A stretch of DNA of 64,000 bases from Patescibacteria group bacterium (GTDB taxonomy: Bacteria > Patescibacteriota > Patescibacteriia > UBA10025 > JAHIVO01): positions 814,503 to 878,502 of the forward strand of contig JBAZWB010000001.1 in NCBI GenBank assembly GCA_041660605.1. Reading direction: 5' to 3'. The position numbers and the translations under genes were made by a program. The notes under the pieces were generated by a model. That model was given only the letters and a program-made list of their open reading frames with translations, did not search any database and had not been told where the DNA came from. Within the stretch, counting starts at the first letter, position 1. Each line of letters opens with the position of its first letter. This document shows, one piece after another, positions 46,331 through 55,772 of this stretch.

Positions 46331-47052
46331 TTGACTGATTTTAATATTGGCCCGTATAAATCATAATCCAGGCTGATCTCCAGTTTTGGCTTGAATTTCC
46401 GCGGCCGGCTGGCGAACCTGACAAACGGTATTTCGCTGATAATCACCAAGGGCGTCCTCTCCCTGCCCTCGCCCATGGCGACCATCCCGGCCGCGGCCAG
46501 ACTGTCTGCCACATCAACTGTTGAAACTTTGAACTTACGATTGAATAAATCCTTGGTGCCCCGATAATCATTCACCGGCTGAAACCCCCAGTAACCAACC
46601 GCCACGCCCATTACACCGCGTCGCAAAGGTACCGTATGGCTGTCGGAAATAATTACGCCAACATTTTTAATCCGATAGGTTCTTCGTAAAAACTGCCAAA
46701 TTTCTTTTGCTGCTGCCTGCGGTTTTTCCGGCCATAAAATATAATATTCTCCGGCGTTGGATTCATCTATCCCGGCAGTTGGGATTAAAATATTATTCTT
46801 GATTGTCAAAACCGCATAACCGCCGGGCGATAATCGCCTTGGCAAAAACAAATCTGCTTCTTTTTCAATTAACCTATCTTTATTCGTTACTTTTGATTTT
46901 AAAATACATCTGCCCTGGTGCAGGCTGACTACTTTTGAAGCTACCATTAAGACTGAATTATTCGGTAGACTTTTAATGCTTTTCTTGATCACTTTAAAAA
47001 GGTCGTCCTGCGGCGGCCTAAGAAGCTTTGTTTTTACTGCTTTAATTCGCAT
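46315..47052 (-). CDS. CofE-like gamma-glutamyl ligase family protein (F420-0:gamma-glutamyl ligase fold)
   Basis: MVASKVVSLHQGR, IPTAGIDESNA, GVIISDSHTVPLRRG and MGVAVGYWG resemble CofE-family blocks. Confidence 0.6.
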   Translation of the reverse strand: MRIKAVKTKLLRPPQDDLFKVIKKSIKSLPNNSVLMVASKVVSLHQGRCILKSKVTNKDRLIEKEADLFLPRRLSPGGYAVLTIKNNILIPTAGIDESNAGEYYILWPEKPQAAAKEIWQFLRRTYRIKNVGVIISDSHTVPLRRGVMGVAVGYWGFQPVNDYRGTKDLFNRKFKVSTVDVADSLAAAGMVAMGEGRERTPLVIISEIPFVRFASRPRKFKPKLEISLDYDLYGPILKSVKWRKK

Positions 47053-47226
47053 ACTTGGCTTAATTCTACCATTTCAAATCGTTGTGGAAAAGCCTATTGA
47101 CTAATATATTCATTTATTGTAATATCAACGGTTAATTATAAAAAAAGCTTTATTTCCGCGCCAAACTGTGTTATTATTTCCCTTAGTCAACGGGGATTAG
47201 ACAATTACCCCGACCGCCTTGACTGC

Positions 47227-47300
47227 CGGGGTATGGCGCAGTTGGCTAGCGCGCATCGTTCGGGACGATGAGGCCGCCGGTTCAAGTCCGGCTACCCCGA
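47227..47300 (+). tRNA. tRNA-Pro (anticodon CGG)
   Basis: Cloverleaf built by hand: acceptor CGGGGTA/TACCCCG; D-arm GCGC-AGTTGGCTA-GCGC; anticodon arm CATCG-TTCGGGA-CGATG (U33, C34 G35 G36, G37); T-arm GCCGG-TTCAAGT-CCGGC; discriminator A. CCA is not encoded. Confidence 0.85.
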
Positions 47301-47597
47301 TAGTCAAGGCGGCCCACAAAGCTTGCGCGTCCACCTCTAGTGGAAGGTCCCGGCGTACCCCGTCGTATGACGGGGACCCCGACCAATTTAATTTAATGTT
47401 ATGAAAAAAATATTGCGCGTAATAACTTTATGCCCAGTGTTTTCTTCAGAAACCCTCTTCAAACCCTAAACCTTTTAACCTGAAGGAGCCCACATGCTCT
47501 TTATGAGTCCTCACTCTCCACCGCGTTAATTGATCGCAGTTTGAACATTCACGTTCACCCCTTTCTCACTAAAATTGTGTAAAAACGCGGAGGGAAA

Positions 47598-47831
47598 ATG
47601 AATCGTCGTACTGCAAGTACCCAAAGCAACCTGTCAACATTTCTGGCTACACGCGCCGGAAAAGACATTAAAGGCCTGGAATTCACCGCTCATCTTAAAG
47701 ATGGTAAACAACGAGTAAGCGTCGTCAAGGCTAACAGAAGAGACCATGGGTTTTCCAGCGTTACCGTGAAACCCACTCACGGCTCCGGTCAAGAAATTAC
47801 TCTTGACCCAGCGACAATCGTCTCCTACTAG
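47598..47831 (+). CDS. Hypothetical small basic protein (77 aa)
   Basis: Strong SD GGAGGG 5 nt before the ATG. Preceded by an 11-codon uORF at 47494..47529. Followed by a terminator. Confidence 0.4.
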   Translation: MNRRTASTQSNLSTFLATRAGKDIKGLEFTAHLKDGKQRVSVVKANRRDHGFSSVTVKPTHGSGQEITLDPATIVSY

Positions 47832-47862
47832 CGCTCATTATCTATCACTAGAATTTACAAGA

Positions 47863-47892
47863 CCGCCCGGTCCTCACCAGGCGGCTCTTTTT
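47863..47892 (+). terminator. Rho-independent terminator of 47598..47831
   Basis: CCGCCCGG-tcctca-CCAGGCGG (one mismatch) followed by CTCTTTTT. Confidence 0.6.
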
Positions 47893-47895
47893 AAA

Positions 47896-47943
47896 TAAAA
47901 AAATCCGCCTGTCCCGTAAGAAGTCTTACGAAACGAGGCGGAT
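47896..47943 (-). terminator. Rho-independent terminator of purB (minus strand)
   Basis: On the minus strand: ATCCGCC-(inner hairpin CGTAAGA/TCTTACG)-GGCGGAT followed by T7. Confidence 0.7.
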
Positions 47944-47985
47944 ACTCCAACTCATAGGAGAATGATTCCCTGCAAAGGGACGATT

Positions 47986-49359
47986 TTAGTTTGGCGGAAG
48001 AGCTAACTTGGGATCCAGATTGAAGCGCCGATATAGTTCCGGCATTACTTTCCGCAACGGACGGCGATAATGGAAGCAGTCACGTAGCTCCTGTTCCGTT
48101 ACCTTCTGCGCTGTCTGACCGCGTTTAGCCTTCATCCGGCGGCGCAACAGAATCCCAAGCAGCTGGCGTTTGTTGTCCATAGCTTCAAAGCAAGCCTGCT
48201 GGAGATAGTAATACACTTCTTCGGGGTCGTGGCCCTTGTCACAGAGAAGGGTCTTTAGATCCTCCGACGCCCAGCAACCGTAGATACGGCCAATATTATG
48301 AGCCATACGCTTGCGGTTAATCTCCAGCCGGCCAATAACCCCAGTAGCTTTAGCTAGCATATAATCTATCAAACAAAAGCCGTCCGGTAAGATAACCCGT
48401 TCCACAGAAGAATGGCTGATATCGCGCTCCTGCCACAGAGCAACATTCTCCAGGGCTGCGTTACTATCCGCCCGTACGACACGCGCCAAGCCGGTGATTT
48501 GTTCGCTAATGACTGGATTCCGCTTATGCGGCATAGCCGAAGATCCCTTTTGTCCTATTCGACGTGGTTCTAATACCTCAAAGTTAGCGGTCAGGCCAAG
48601 TAAACGCAGGCCGATGGCCATCTTTTCCATATTAGCAGCGATGACGGCTAATTCTGCCATCAGTCGGGCAATGACATCACGGCTGACTACCTGGGTGGCT
48701 ACCCGGCGAGGCTTCAGATGTAAAATGCGAAAGATCTCAGCTTCCAATTCGGGCGACACCCTAACGTTATTGCCGACAGCTCCGGAACATTTTGATTCAG
48801 CAACCTGACTAAGGATAAAGCGCAGGTTGTCGCGATTACGCTGGAAAAGCTCCAAGTAATCACAGAACCGCCAGCCTAGAGTAGTTGGCTGGGCGTCCTG
48901 ACCATGCGTGACCGCGATACAGAAAGTCCACATATGCTCACTGGCCTGACGCCAGAGAACGTCAATCAAACGATCCAGATCCGACATGATTAAAGCGCCT
49001 GCTTTGAGCAGAATTCGCGCCTGTGCCGGCTCTTCGGTATCATAGGAAGTGACTTTCTCATGAAAATACCGACGCAGTTTGAGTGGCAGACTCAAACGTA
49101 CGACATCCACGAAGGCTTGCAGATCATGATTTATTTCCGCGTCTCGCGCAAGAACGTCCGCGACTGTGAATCGTGCACATTTCTTAATTTTGCGATAGAC
49201 GTCCTTGGGATAGATCCCCAGATTGCAGCGAGCGAGAATGATTGCCAGCTCAACAGCCAGCCAGGCATCAAACTTTGCCCGGTAGGTCCAAAGAGCGCCC
49301 ATTCTCGGCCTAGTATACCTCTTGATCATCAGTAAACTCCTCTCTGTATTAGGTTTCAA
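47986..49359 (-). CDS. purB: Adenylosuccinate lyase
   Basis: Fumarate-lyase signature GSSAMPHKRNPV. N-terminal RYTRPRMGALW...KFDAWLAVELA pattern typical of PurB. 457 aa. Confidence 0.85.
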   Translation of the reverse strand: MKPNTERSLLMIKRYTRPRMGALWTYRAKFDAWLAVELAIILARCNLGIYPKDVYRKIKKCARFTVADVLARDAEINHDLQAFVDVVRLSLPLKLRRYFHEKVTSYDTEEPAQARILLKAGALIMSDLDRLIDVLWRQASEHMWTFCIAVTHGQDAQPTTLGWRFCDYLELFQRNRDNLRFILSQVAESKCSGAVGNNVRVSPELEAEIFRILHLKPRRVATQVVSRDVIARLMAELAVIAANMEKMAIGLRLLGLTANFEVLEPRRIGQKGSSAMPHKRNPVISEQITGLARVVRADSNAALENVALWQERDISHSSVERVILPDGFCLIDYMLAKATGVIGRLEINRKRMAHNIGRIYGCWASEDLKTLLCDKGHDPEEVYYYLQQACFEAMDNKRQLLGILLRRRMKAKRGQTAQKVTEQELRDCFHYRRPLRKVMPELYRRFNLDPKLALPPN

Positions 49360-49510
49360 TGTCTAAGGTTCTCTTTTTCAAATTATCCCATCTTAACAAA
49401 AATACCTGTTTTTAGCAATATACACCTTTATTTCTTGACCAAAACCCCCACCAGTGCTAAACTCCAATCTAAAATACAAAAATCAACAAACTTTACGGGG
49501 AGGTAAAACA

Positions 49511-49966
49511 ATGTACTTTTTGATTCTAACCTTGGCGCTTCTGGCTAGCGAACCAGCTACTCCGTTCGACAGCACCGTCTATACGCAATGTGTCGAGCAG
49601 CAAATGGACTATGATACTGTAAGCTCGTCCTTCGCCACCCTTTATTCGGCTTTTTTCACAATAGAAGAGCGTGGACGCCGACCAATATTCAATTGCCTGT
49701 ACGGCGGTTATATCACCGTTGATTCGCTGGAAAGATACCTCAAATGCTTATTACCTAAATCGCCAATCACCGAACATCATTTCCGAATTTGCGCTGCCTA
49801 CCGAATATTGGAAGCAGATACTGCCTACGTCATCGGAGTTTACAACAACCATGGTGATGGAAATCTGCCAATTGTCAGATCAATCTACAGCGCACAATCA
49901 GGCACGCTCACCTATCAATATATAGCTGAGAAAGGCCGCCAGGTTATTGTTATCGTTCCTTATTGA
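49511..49966 (+). CDS. Hypothetical secreted Cys-containing protein
   Basis: SD GGAGG 8 nt before the ATG at 49511. Signal peptide MYFLILTLALLASEPA. The ORF track's start at 49454 ignores this RBS. Confidence 0.45.
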   Translation: MYFLILTLALLASEPATPFDSTVYTQCVEQQMDYDTVSSSFATLYSAFFTIEERGRRPIFNCLYGGYITVDSLERYLKCLLPKSPITEHHFRICAAYRILEADTAYVIGVYNNHGDGNLPIVRSIYSAQSGTLTYQYIAEKGRQVIVIVPY

Positions 49967-49988
49967 AATTACCAAATTATCAGAAACC

Positions 49989-50021
49989 GGGATTGTCTGC
50001 TTGGACAATCCCCTTTTTTTT
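49989..50021 (+). terminator. Rho-independent terminator
   Basis: GGGATTGTC-tgcttg-GACAATCCC followed by T8. Confidence 0.8.
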
Positions 50022-50077
50022 GAAAAACCTATTTATAATTTAATGCGTTCATTCTCCATCGCGTCTTTATAAGCGTA

Positions 50078-50112
50078 GGAGGATAAAAAAATCCCGCCTG
50101 GTGCAGACCAGA
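50078..50112 (-). terminator. Probable terminator of purA (minus strand)
   Basis: On the minus strand: CTGGT-ctgc-ACCAG GCGGG followed by ATTTTTTTAT. Confidence 0.45.
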
Positions 50113-50309
50113 ACGGGACTTACGAAAATAGCTTAGGGCCATCTATCCAAATCGACCGATTTTGGTTTTCCCTCCTCTGCCGATGATAACCGGCTTGACT
50201 TGTGAAGATTGACCCGAACTGTTAGCCAGCGATTGCCGTGAAATGATATTGTCCCCACGGGGCATATGTAACCTCCTTGCCTGGCGAAATAGAATTCAAT
50301 AATCGCCTT

Positions 50310-51848
50310 TTATGCTGCGGCTGACGATCTCCTGACAGAAGTAACGTTTGATGCTTTCCTGACAGAACGAACAATGATATGGTTTCGACCCGGACCGGTG
50401 CCGATCAAGACGATAGGAATGCCGAGACGCTGTTCAAGTTTTTTGACAAACTGCCGAGTTTTCAGCGGTAGTTTTTTCCATTCAGTGATTCCGGAAATGT
50501 CCCTGCGCCAGCCTTCCCAATACTCATAAATCACTTCTACGCGAGCCAGATCATCGGTATCCGGCATTTCACCGCGTTTTAGCCTCTTCCCGTCGAGCTT
50601 ATACCCGACCACCACCGGGATAATCTTGAGACCAGACAGCATGTCCAGACGCGTTAAAGCGAAATACTTCGGACCATTGATGCGGATGGCGTAGTGCAGC
50701 CACATCAAGTCCGGGAAACCGACACTGCGGCCACGACCGGTCGTTGCTCCCTTTTCATAGCCCAATACCTGGAAGTACTGGCTCCAATCTTCGAGTCTTG
50801 CCTTACCCGAATTGATCAGCGCCAGTTTTTCCGCCAGGAATCGGGCGCGTGCCAAGGTGTCTTTGAAAAGGTCCGGATGTTCCAGTGCGAAAACCTCACT
50901 CTGAATCCGACCCCAGATCTCCGATGGGAATGGACCGGCACCAACGCGGGTCGGCAGGGCTTTCATCACCATGAGTACCATGGCTTTAGCAAATGCCGAC
51001 AATGGCAGGCCAGTGCCGATCGGCGCGCCTGCGGCTACCGAATGGCCAGCGGAAACATACGGCCAGGTGCCCAGATCAATGTCCAGTCCGGGGGCTTGCG
51101 CGCCTTCAAACAGAATGTGCAGTCCGGCAGTATAGGCTCCCGACAGTTCAAACGCCGTGTCAGTGACCATATTCCTGATCTTTTTCGCATCCTTCAGGAG
51201 CGCGAGTTCAACATGGGTAGGTAATGGGATATCTTTCCGCCTGACGATTCCCAGCTTAACCATCTGGTCAAAATCCGGCTTTAGTGCCCGATAAAGGCGC
51301 CGCAGCCGATTTCGCAATACCTTAGGATCCTGGAAAAGGTGATGTACTTGCAGTCCGACACGAAGTACATTAAAGCCAGACAACGGTCCGATGGCTTTGC
51401 CAGTAGTTCCCACCTTTCCACTCCCCGCGGAATACTCAAGCCATTGCTCGAATAATCGGTGCCAAGGAGTCCAGACCGGCGAATATTTATCCACCCAGAT
51501 AGGCGGTAAATTCTTGCCCAATGCTCCTTTGGCATCCTTGATTTCAGCGAGAAACCGCCTGATGTCGAAAAATACCCCCCGACCCAGAATACACCTGATC
51601 CCTTGAGCGATAGCACAGGGAATCAAGTGCCCAACAAACCTCCTGCCGTCGGGTGTCTGCAAAGTATGACCAGCGCCCGCGCCACCGCTGTACCGCACTG
51701 CCAAGTCATAGAGACACGACAGTAAGTCAACGATCTTTCCTTTTCCTTCATCACCCCAGTATGTTCCGGTGATGATTAACATCTGTATGGTTGCAAATAG
51801 CCTTAGTAACCGAGCATGCAACCGCTTCTCTTGTGCTGTGAGCCTCAT
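50310..51848 (-). CDS. purA: Adenylosuccinate synthetase
   Basis: P-loop GTYWGDEGKGKIVD and GAGHT. The likely true start is the internal Met (MLIITGT...) about 66 nt inside the ORF. Carries a short C-terminal extension. Confidence 0.85.
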   Translation of the reverse strand: MRLTAQEKRLHARLLRLFATIQMLIITGTYWGDEGKGKIVDLLSCLYDLAVRYSGGAGAGHTLQTPDGRRFVGHLIPCAIAQGIRCILGRGVFFDIRRFLAEIKDAKGALGKNLPPIWVDKYSPVWTPWHRLFEQWLEYSAGSGKVGTTGKAIGPLSGFNVLRVGLQVHHLFQDPKVLRNRLRRLYRALKPDFDQMVKLGIVRRKDIPLPTHVELALLKDAKKIRNMVTDTAFELSGAYTAGLHILFEGAQAPGLDIDLGTWPYVSAGHSVAAGAPIGTGLPLSAFAKAMVLMVMKALPTRVGAGPFPSEIWGRIQSEVFALEHPDLFKDTLARARFLAEKLALINSGKARLEDWSQYFQVLGYEKGATTGRGRSVGFPDLMWLHYAIRINGPKYFALTRLDMLSGLKIIPVVVGYKLDGKRLKRGEMPDTDDLARVEVIYEYWEGWRRDISGITEWKKLPLKTRQFVKKLEQRLGIPIVLIGTGPGRNHIIVRSVRKASNVTSVRRSSAAA

Positions 51849-52003
51849 TGGACTCCTCCTTCCTGATTTTCAGTGAAATTCCAAATAAAAAGTCAAAGTA
51901 CCAGTTAATTAAATTACTCTATCACTAAACTCCGATTTCCGTCAATTTACGCTTATCCGCACTCTTTACTTTTTGCGAAATTAGCTTATAATATCTCTAT
52001 TAT

Positions 52004-53107
52004 ATGAAGTTAGCCATTGCAATAATATTACTGATAGTTTTTATAATAATATTCGGCGGACACGCCGTGTTATTTTTTTCCTGGGTTTGGCTGTTTGGGA
52101 TAACCGGCAGTGCAGTAAAAGAAGTACTGCTGATCGCCCTCGGTATTCTGGCTTTCAGCACTATTGCCAGCATCATCATCGTACACTTTATTGAAAACCA
52201 TTTCACCAGTTATTATTATATAATATCCTCAATTTGGCTCGGCTTGGGCTGGTATGTATTGCTGGCGACGATAGCGTCGTTAGTGCTGGCTTCTGTTTTT
52301 CCAGAAATTAACACTGCAATAACCGCCAGCGTGCTTCTTGGGCTGGCTGCTTTATATACAGTGTATGGCATTATTAACGCCCAAAAAATCAGAGTGAAGA
52401 AAATCGAAATTATCATACCCAATCTGCCTCCGTCCTGGGAAAATAAAAAAGCCGTGCAGATTTCAGACGTGCATCTGGGAGTATTCTGCCACCAGGGTTT
52501 TATGAAAAAAATTGTCAGATTAATTAATGAGCAATCCCCTGCTTTAGTTTTTATCACCGGAGACCTATTTGACGGCGCGGGGAAGAAACTTAACCACCTG
52601 GCGGATCCCATAAAAAATATTCTGGCGCCGGAAGGCATTTATTATATCACTGGCAACCACGAAACCTATGTCAGCCTGGAAAATTCGCTGGCTGCCGTAC
52701 GGCTGACTCCGGCAAGAATATTGAATGACGAAATTACGGAATTAAACGGTATGCAATTATTGGGCATCAGCTATCCTAAGCCTGGAGAGAAAAAAGATTT
52801 TGGCAATATTTTTAAAAAAATCAATCCTGCCAAGCCCAGCATTGTGCTATATCATGAGCCGAAAGTCGCAGTCGTGGAGCTGGCAAAAGCCGCCGGCGCG
52901 AGTTTGATGCTGTCCGGGCACACGCATGTCGGCCAGCTCTGGCCTTTTGCAGCTATCACTCGCGCATTATACAAAAAAAGGGACTGGGGTTTGTCCCGCG
53001 AGGGTGCTTTTAATATATATACTTCCAGCGGCGCCGGCACCTGGGGTCCGCCCATGCGCACCGGCAATTATCCGGAAATCGTTTCCATCACTTTTAAAAG
53101 CAGGTAG
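52004..53107 (+). CDS. Membrane-anchored calcineurin-like metallophosphoesterase
   Basis: Four or five N-terminal TM helices. Phosphoesterase motifs VQISDVHLG, FITGDLFDG, ITGNHE, LSGHTHVGQ. TATAAT at 51987-51992, 11 nt before the ATG, so nearly leaderless. Confidence 0.75.
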   Translation: MKLAIAIILLIVFIIIFGGHAVLFFSWVWLFGITGSAVKEVLLIALGILAFSTIASIIIVHFIENHFTSYYYIISSIWLGLGWYVLLATIASLVLASVFPEINTAITASVLLGLAALYTVYGIINAQKIRVKKIEIIIPNLPPSWENKKAVQISDVHLGVFCHQGFMKKIVRLINEQSPALVFITGDLFDGAGKKLNHLADPIKNILAPEGIYYITGNHETYVSLENSLAAVRLTPARILNDEITELNGMQLLGISYPKPGEKKDFGNIFKKINPAKPSIVLYHEPKVAVVELAKAAGASLMLSGHTHVGQLWPFAAITRALYKKRDWGLSREGAFNIYTSSGAGTWGPPMRTGNYPEIVSITFKSR

Positions 53108-53229
53108 TTATTACAAATTGCCAACTACCTTGAACGGAGCGCACCCTTGAGAGGGTACGCTCGGAGTTTATGAATAACGCTAATTATTAGTATACTAACT
53201 ACTAACCAACTAGTGGCTAACAAACTAAC

Positions 53230-54807
53230 CTACTCCCACTCCACCGTCCCGGGCGGTTTTGACGTGATATCGTAAATTACCCGGTTAATCTCCTTAACCT
53301 CATTGGTAATCCTGGAAGAAATTTTACTGAGCAATTCATAAGGTAGGCGCGCCCAGTCAGCCGTCATAAAATCTTTAGTCGTCACCGCGCGCAAAATTAT
53401 CGGATAACCGTAAGTGCGCGAATCCCCCTGCACGCCCACGGAACGTATGGCCGGTAAAACCGTAAAATACTGCTGGACTGTTTGCCCCCAGCCGGCTTTT
53501 TCTATTTCCTCGCGGGCGATCCAGTCTGCCTGGCGCACAATATTCAAGCGTTCCTCAGTCACTTCTCCTATTATCCTGACTGCCAGTCCCGGACCGGGAA
53601 AAGGCTGGCGTTCCGTCACTTCTGCTGGCAGGCCCAGGAGGCGGCCGACTTTCCTGACCTCATCTTTATAAAGCTCGCGAAACGGTTCAATGAGCTTGAA
53701 ACCGAATTTTTTCGGCAGGCCGCCGACATTATGATGGGATTTAATGACCGCCGCGGTTTTGCCGACGCTGACGCCGGAAGTAATTGCATCGGTATAAAGC
53801 GTACCCTGTACCAGCCATTTTACCCCGCCAATCTTTTTAGCTTCTCGTTCAAATATTCTGATGAAAAGATTTCCGATTATTTTCCGCTTTTTTTCCGGAT
53901 CAACTACGCCTTTAAGTTTTGCAAGGAAATCGCGCTGGGCATTGATAATTTTCAAATTCGCTTTTTGGTACGAACGAAAGGTTTTTTTAACCTGCTCAGT
54001 CTCTCCCTGCCGCATCAGGCCGGTATCAACGTATATGCACGTTAATTGCTTGCCAATTGCTTTATTTACAATAGTAGCAGCCACGGATGAATCAACTCCA
54101 CCGGAAAGCGCGCAAACCACCTTATCATTTGCTACTTTATCTCTAATGTTAATAATAGACGCTTTAACAAAATCTCGCATTGACCAGGTGCGTTGGGCGC
54201 CGGTCAAACTAACAAAATTTTCCAGTATTTTTAAACCATTTATAGTATGTACAACTTCCGGATGAAACTGCAGGCCAAATAAATTTTTCTGCTCATTGCT
54301 AATTGCGGCCTGACGGCAGTTCTTGGAACTGGCTTGATTTTTAAAGCCTGCCGGCAACTTTGAAACCTGGTCTCTATGCGACATCCAGGTCATTTGTTTG
54401 GTTTTCAGGCCTTTAAAAAGCTTACTGTTTTTAATAGATATTTCAATCGGGCCGTACTCCCGCTTTTCACCCACCACTACCTTGCCGCCGAGCATATGCG
54501 CCATCAGCTGCAGTCCATAGCAAATACCCAATATCGGAATACCCAGATTAAAAAGCTCCTTATTGATCAATAAGGTATCCTGCCGGGAAATATCGCGCGG
54601 GCCGCCGGAAAGGATGATGCCTTTGGCTGACCGCAATTTGTCCAACGGGAAATTTATCGGCACTAATTCTGAATATACTCCCAGCTCCCTGATCCGCCGG
54701 GTAATCAAATGAGAGTACTGGGAGCCGAAGTCTAGTACGTAAATAATGTCTTGCATAATTTTATTTGACAAAAGCTGCCTCAAAAGCCCATTTGGTGCAC
54801 TGCTCAA
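53230..54807 (-). CDS. guaA: GMP synthase (glutamine-hydrolysing)
   Basis: GATase active site ICYGLQLM, PP-loop CALSGGVDSSVAA, C-terminal GTVEWE. The likely start is the internal MQDIIYVLDFGSQY at about 54756. Confidence 0.9.
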   Translation of the reverse strand: MSSAPNGLLRQLLSNKIMQDIIYVLDFGSQYSHLITRRIRELGVYSELVPINFPLDKLRSAKGIILSGGPRDISRQDTLLINKELFNLGIPILGICYGLQLMAHMLGGKVVVGEKREYGPIEISIKNSKLFKGLKTKQMTWMSHRDQVSKLPAGFKNQASSKNCRQAAISNEQKNLFGLQFHPEVVHTINGLKILENFVSLTGAQRTWSMRDFVKASIINIRDKVANDKVVCALSGGVDSSVAATIVNKAIGKQLTCIYVDTGLMRQGETEQVKKTFRSYQKANLKIINAQRDFLAKLKGVVDPEKKRKIIGNLFIRIFEREAKKIGGVKWLVQGTLYTDAITSGVSVGKTAAVIKSHHNVGGLPKKFGFKLIEPFRELYKDEVRKVGRLLGLPAEVTERQPFPGPGLAVRIIGEVTEERLNIVRQADWIAREEIEKAGWGQTVQQYFTVLPAIRSVGVQGDSRTYGYPIILRAVTTKDFMTADWARLPYELLSKISSRITNEVKEINRVIYDITSKPPGTVEWE

Positions 54808-55750
54808 TCTGCGCCATATTCATAATGCCGGTCTTCATTAAAAATTCCTGCTCTTTAATGACATTGGTGCAGTACATCTCCGGGCCGTCTGTATTAATGG
54901 TAAATTTAATCTTGTTATCCAGATATGCTTTAACGATATTTTCAAATTCATTAATATTTTTCACCACGCTATTGCGCAAATTCGAGGTCGGACAGGTTTC
55001 CAGGACAATATTATTTGCCACCACCTCGGACATCAGTCTTTCGTCCTGGATACATAAAAAACCGTGGCCGATTCGGTCAGGCTTTATCTCGCTGACCACG
55101 TAATTCATCTCCTCTAAATTCCCTTCTTCACCGGTATGCAGAGTAATGCCCAGTCCTGCTTCGCGCGCCATCCGGAAAAGCTTGGCATGCTCCTTGATGG
55201 AAAATGATTTTCTCTGCGGACCGGCGATATCTACGCCGACAATGCCGTTCTCTTTATATTTTATCGCTTTCTGGACAATTATTTCGTTCTGTTCGTAATC
55301 CAGCGTACGGTCCATCATTAAAATTATCCCAGCCTTTACCTGCGGATACTCCAAAGTCGCTTTTTCCAGCCCCCACAATGAAGACATGATAATGTGATCA
55401 AGGTCTCTTTCCCCGCCGCGATTACGGAACATGGGATTGAACCGCAGCTCCTGGATGATCAGGTTGCATTTCCTGAATCCTCCGCCGATGACGCTGCGCA
55501 CTGATTCTTCAATCGTGTCCGGAGAAGACTGGATAAGTTCTGTCCAGTAAAAAAAATTATTATGCATTTCATCCAATGATTTGTTCTTCTCCTCGCCGGT
55601 CATGGTAATCATATCTTCAAAAGCCCAGTAATCTTTGCTCGGCAGCTTTATGCCGTGCCGGTGCGCAATGGACCATAAAATTGCCGGATCAACTGCCGAA
55701 CCCAGATGGGCGTGCAATTCTGCTTGTGGCTTATTTGTTGATTTTGGCAT
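54761..55750 (-). CDS. Adenosine/AMP deaminase family protein
   Basis: N-terminal ELHAHLGSAV metal-binding motif. HTGEEG and TINTDGP blocks. Confidence 0.65.
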   Translation of the reverse strand: MPKSTNKPQAELHAHLGSAVDPAILWSIAHRHGIKLPSKDYWAFEDMITMTGEEKNKSLDEMHNNFFYWTELIQSSPDTIEESVRSVIGGGFRKCNLIIQELRFNPMFRNRGGERDLDHIIMSSLWGLEKATLEYPQVKAGIILMMDRTLDYEQNEIIVQKAIKYKENGIVGVDIAGPQRKSFSIKEHAKLFRMAREAGLGITLHTGEEGNLEEMNYVVSEIKPDRIGHGFLCIQDERLMSEVVANNIVLETCPTSNLRNSVVKNINEFENIVKAYLDNKIKFTINTDGPEMYCTNVIKEQEFLMKTGIMNMAQIEQCTKWAFEAAFVK

Positions 55751-55772
55751 ATGAAAATAAAAATATTAAACT

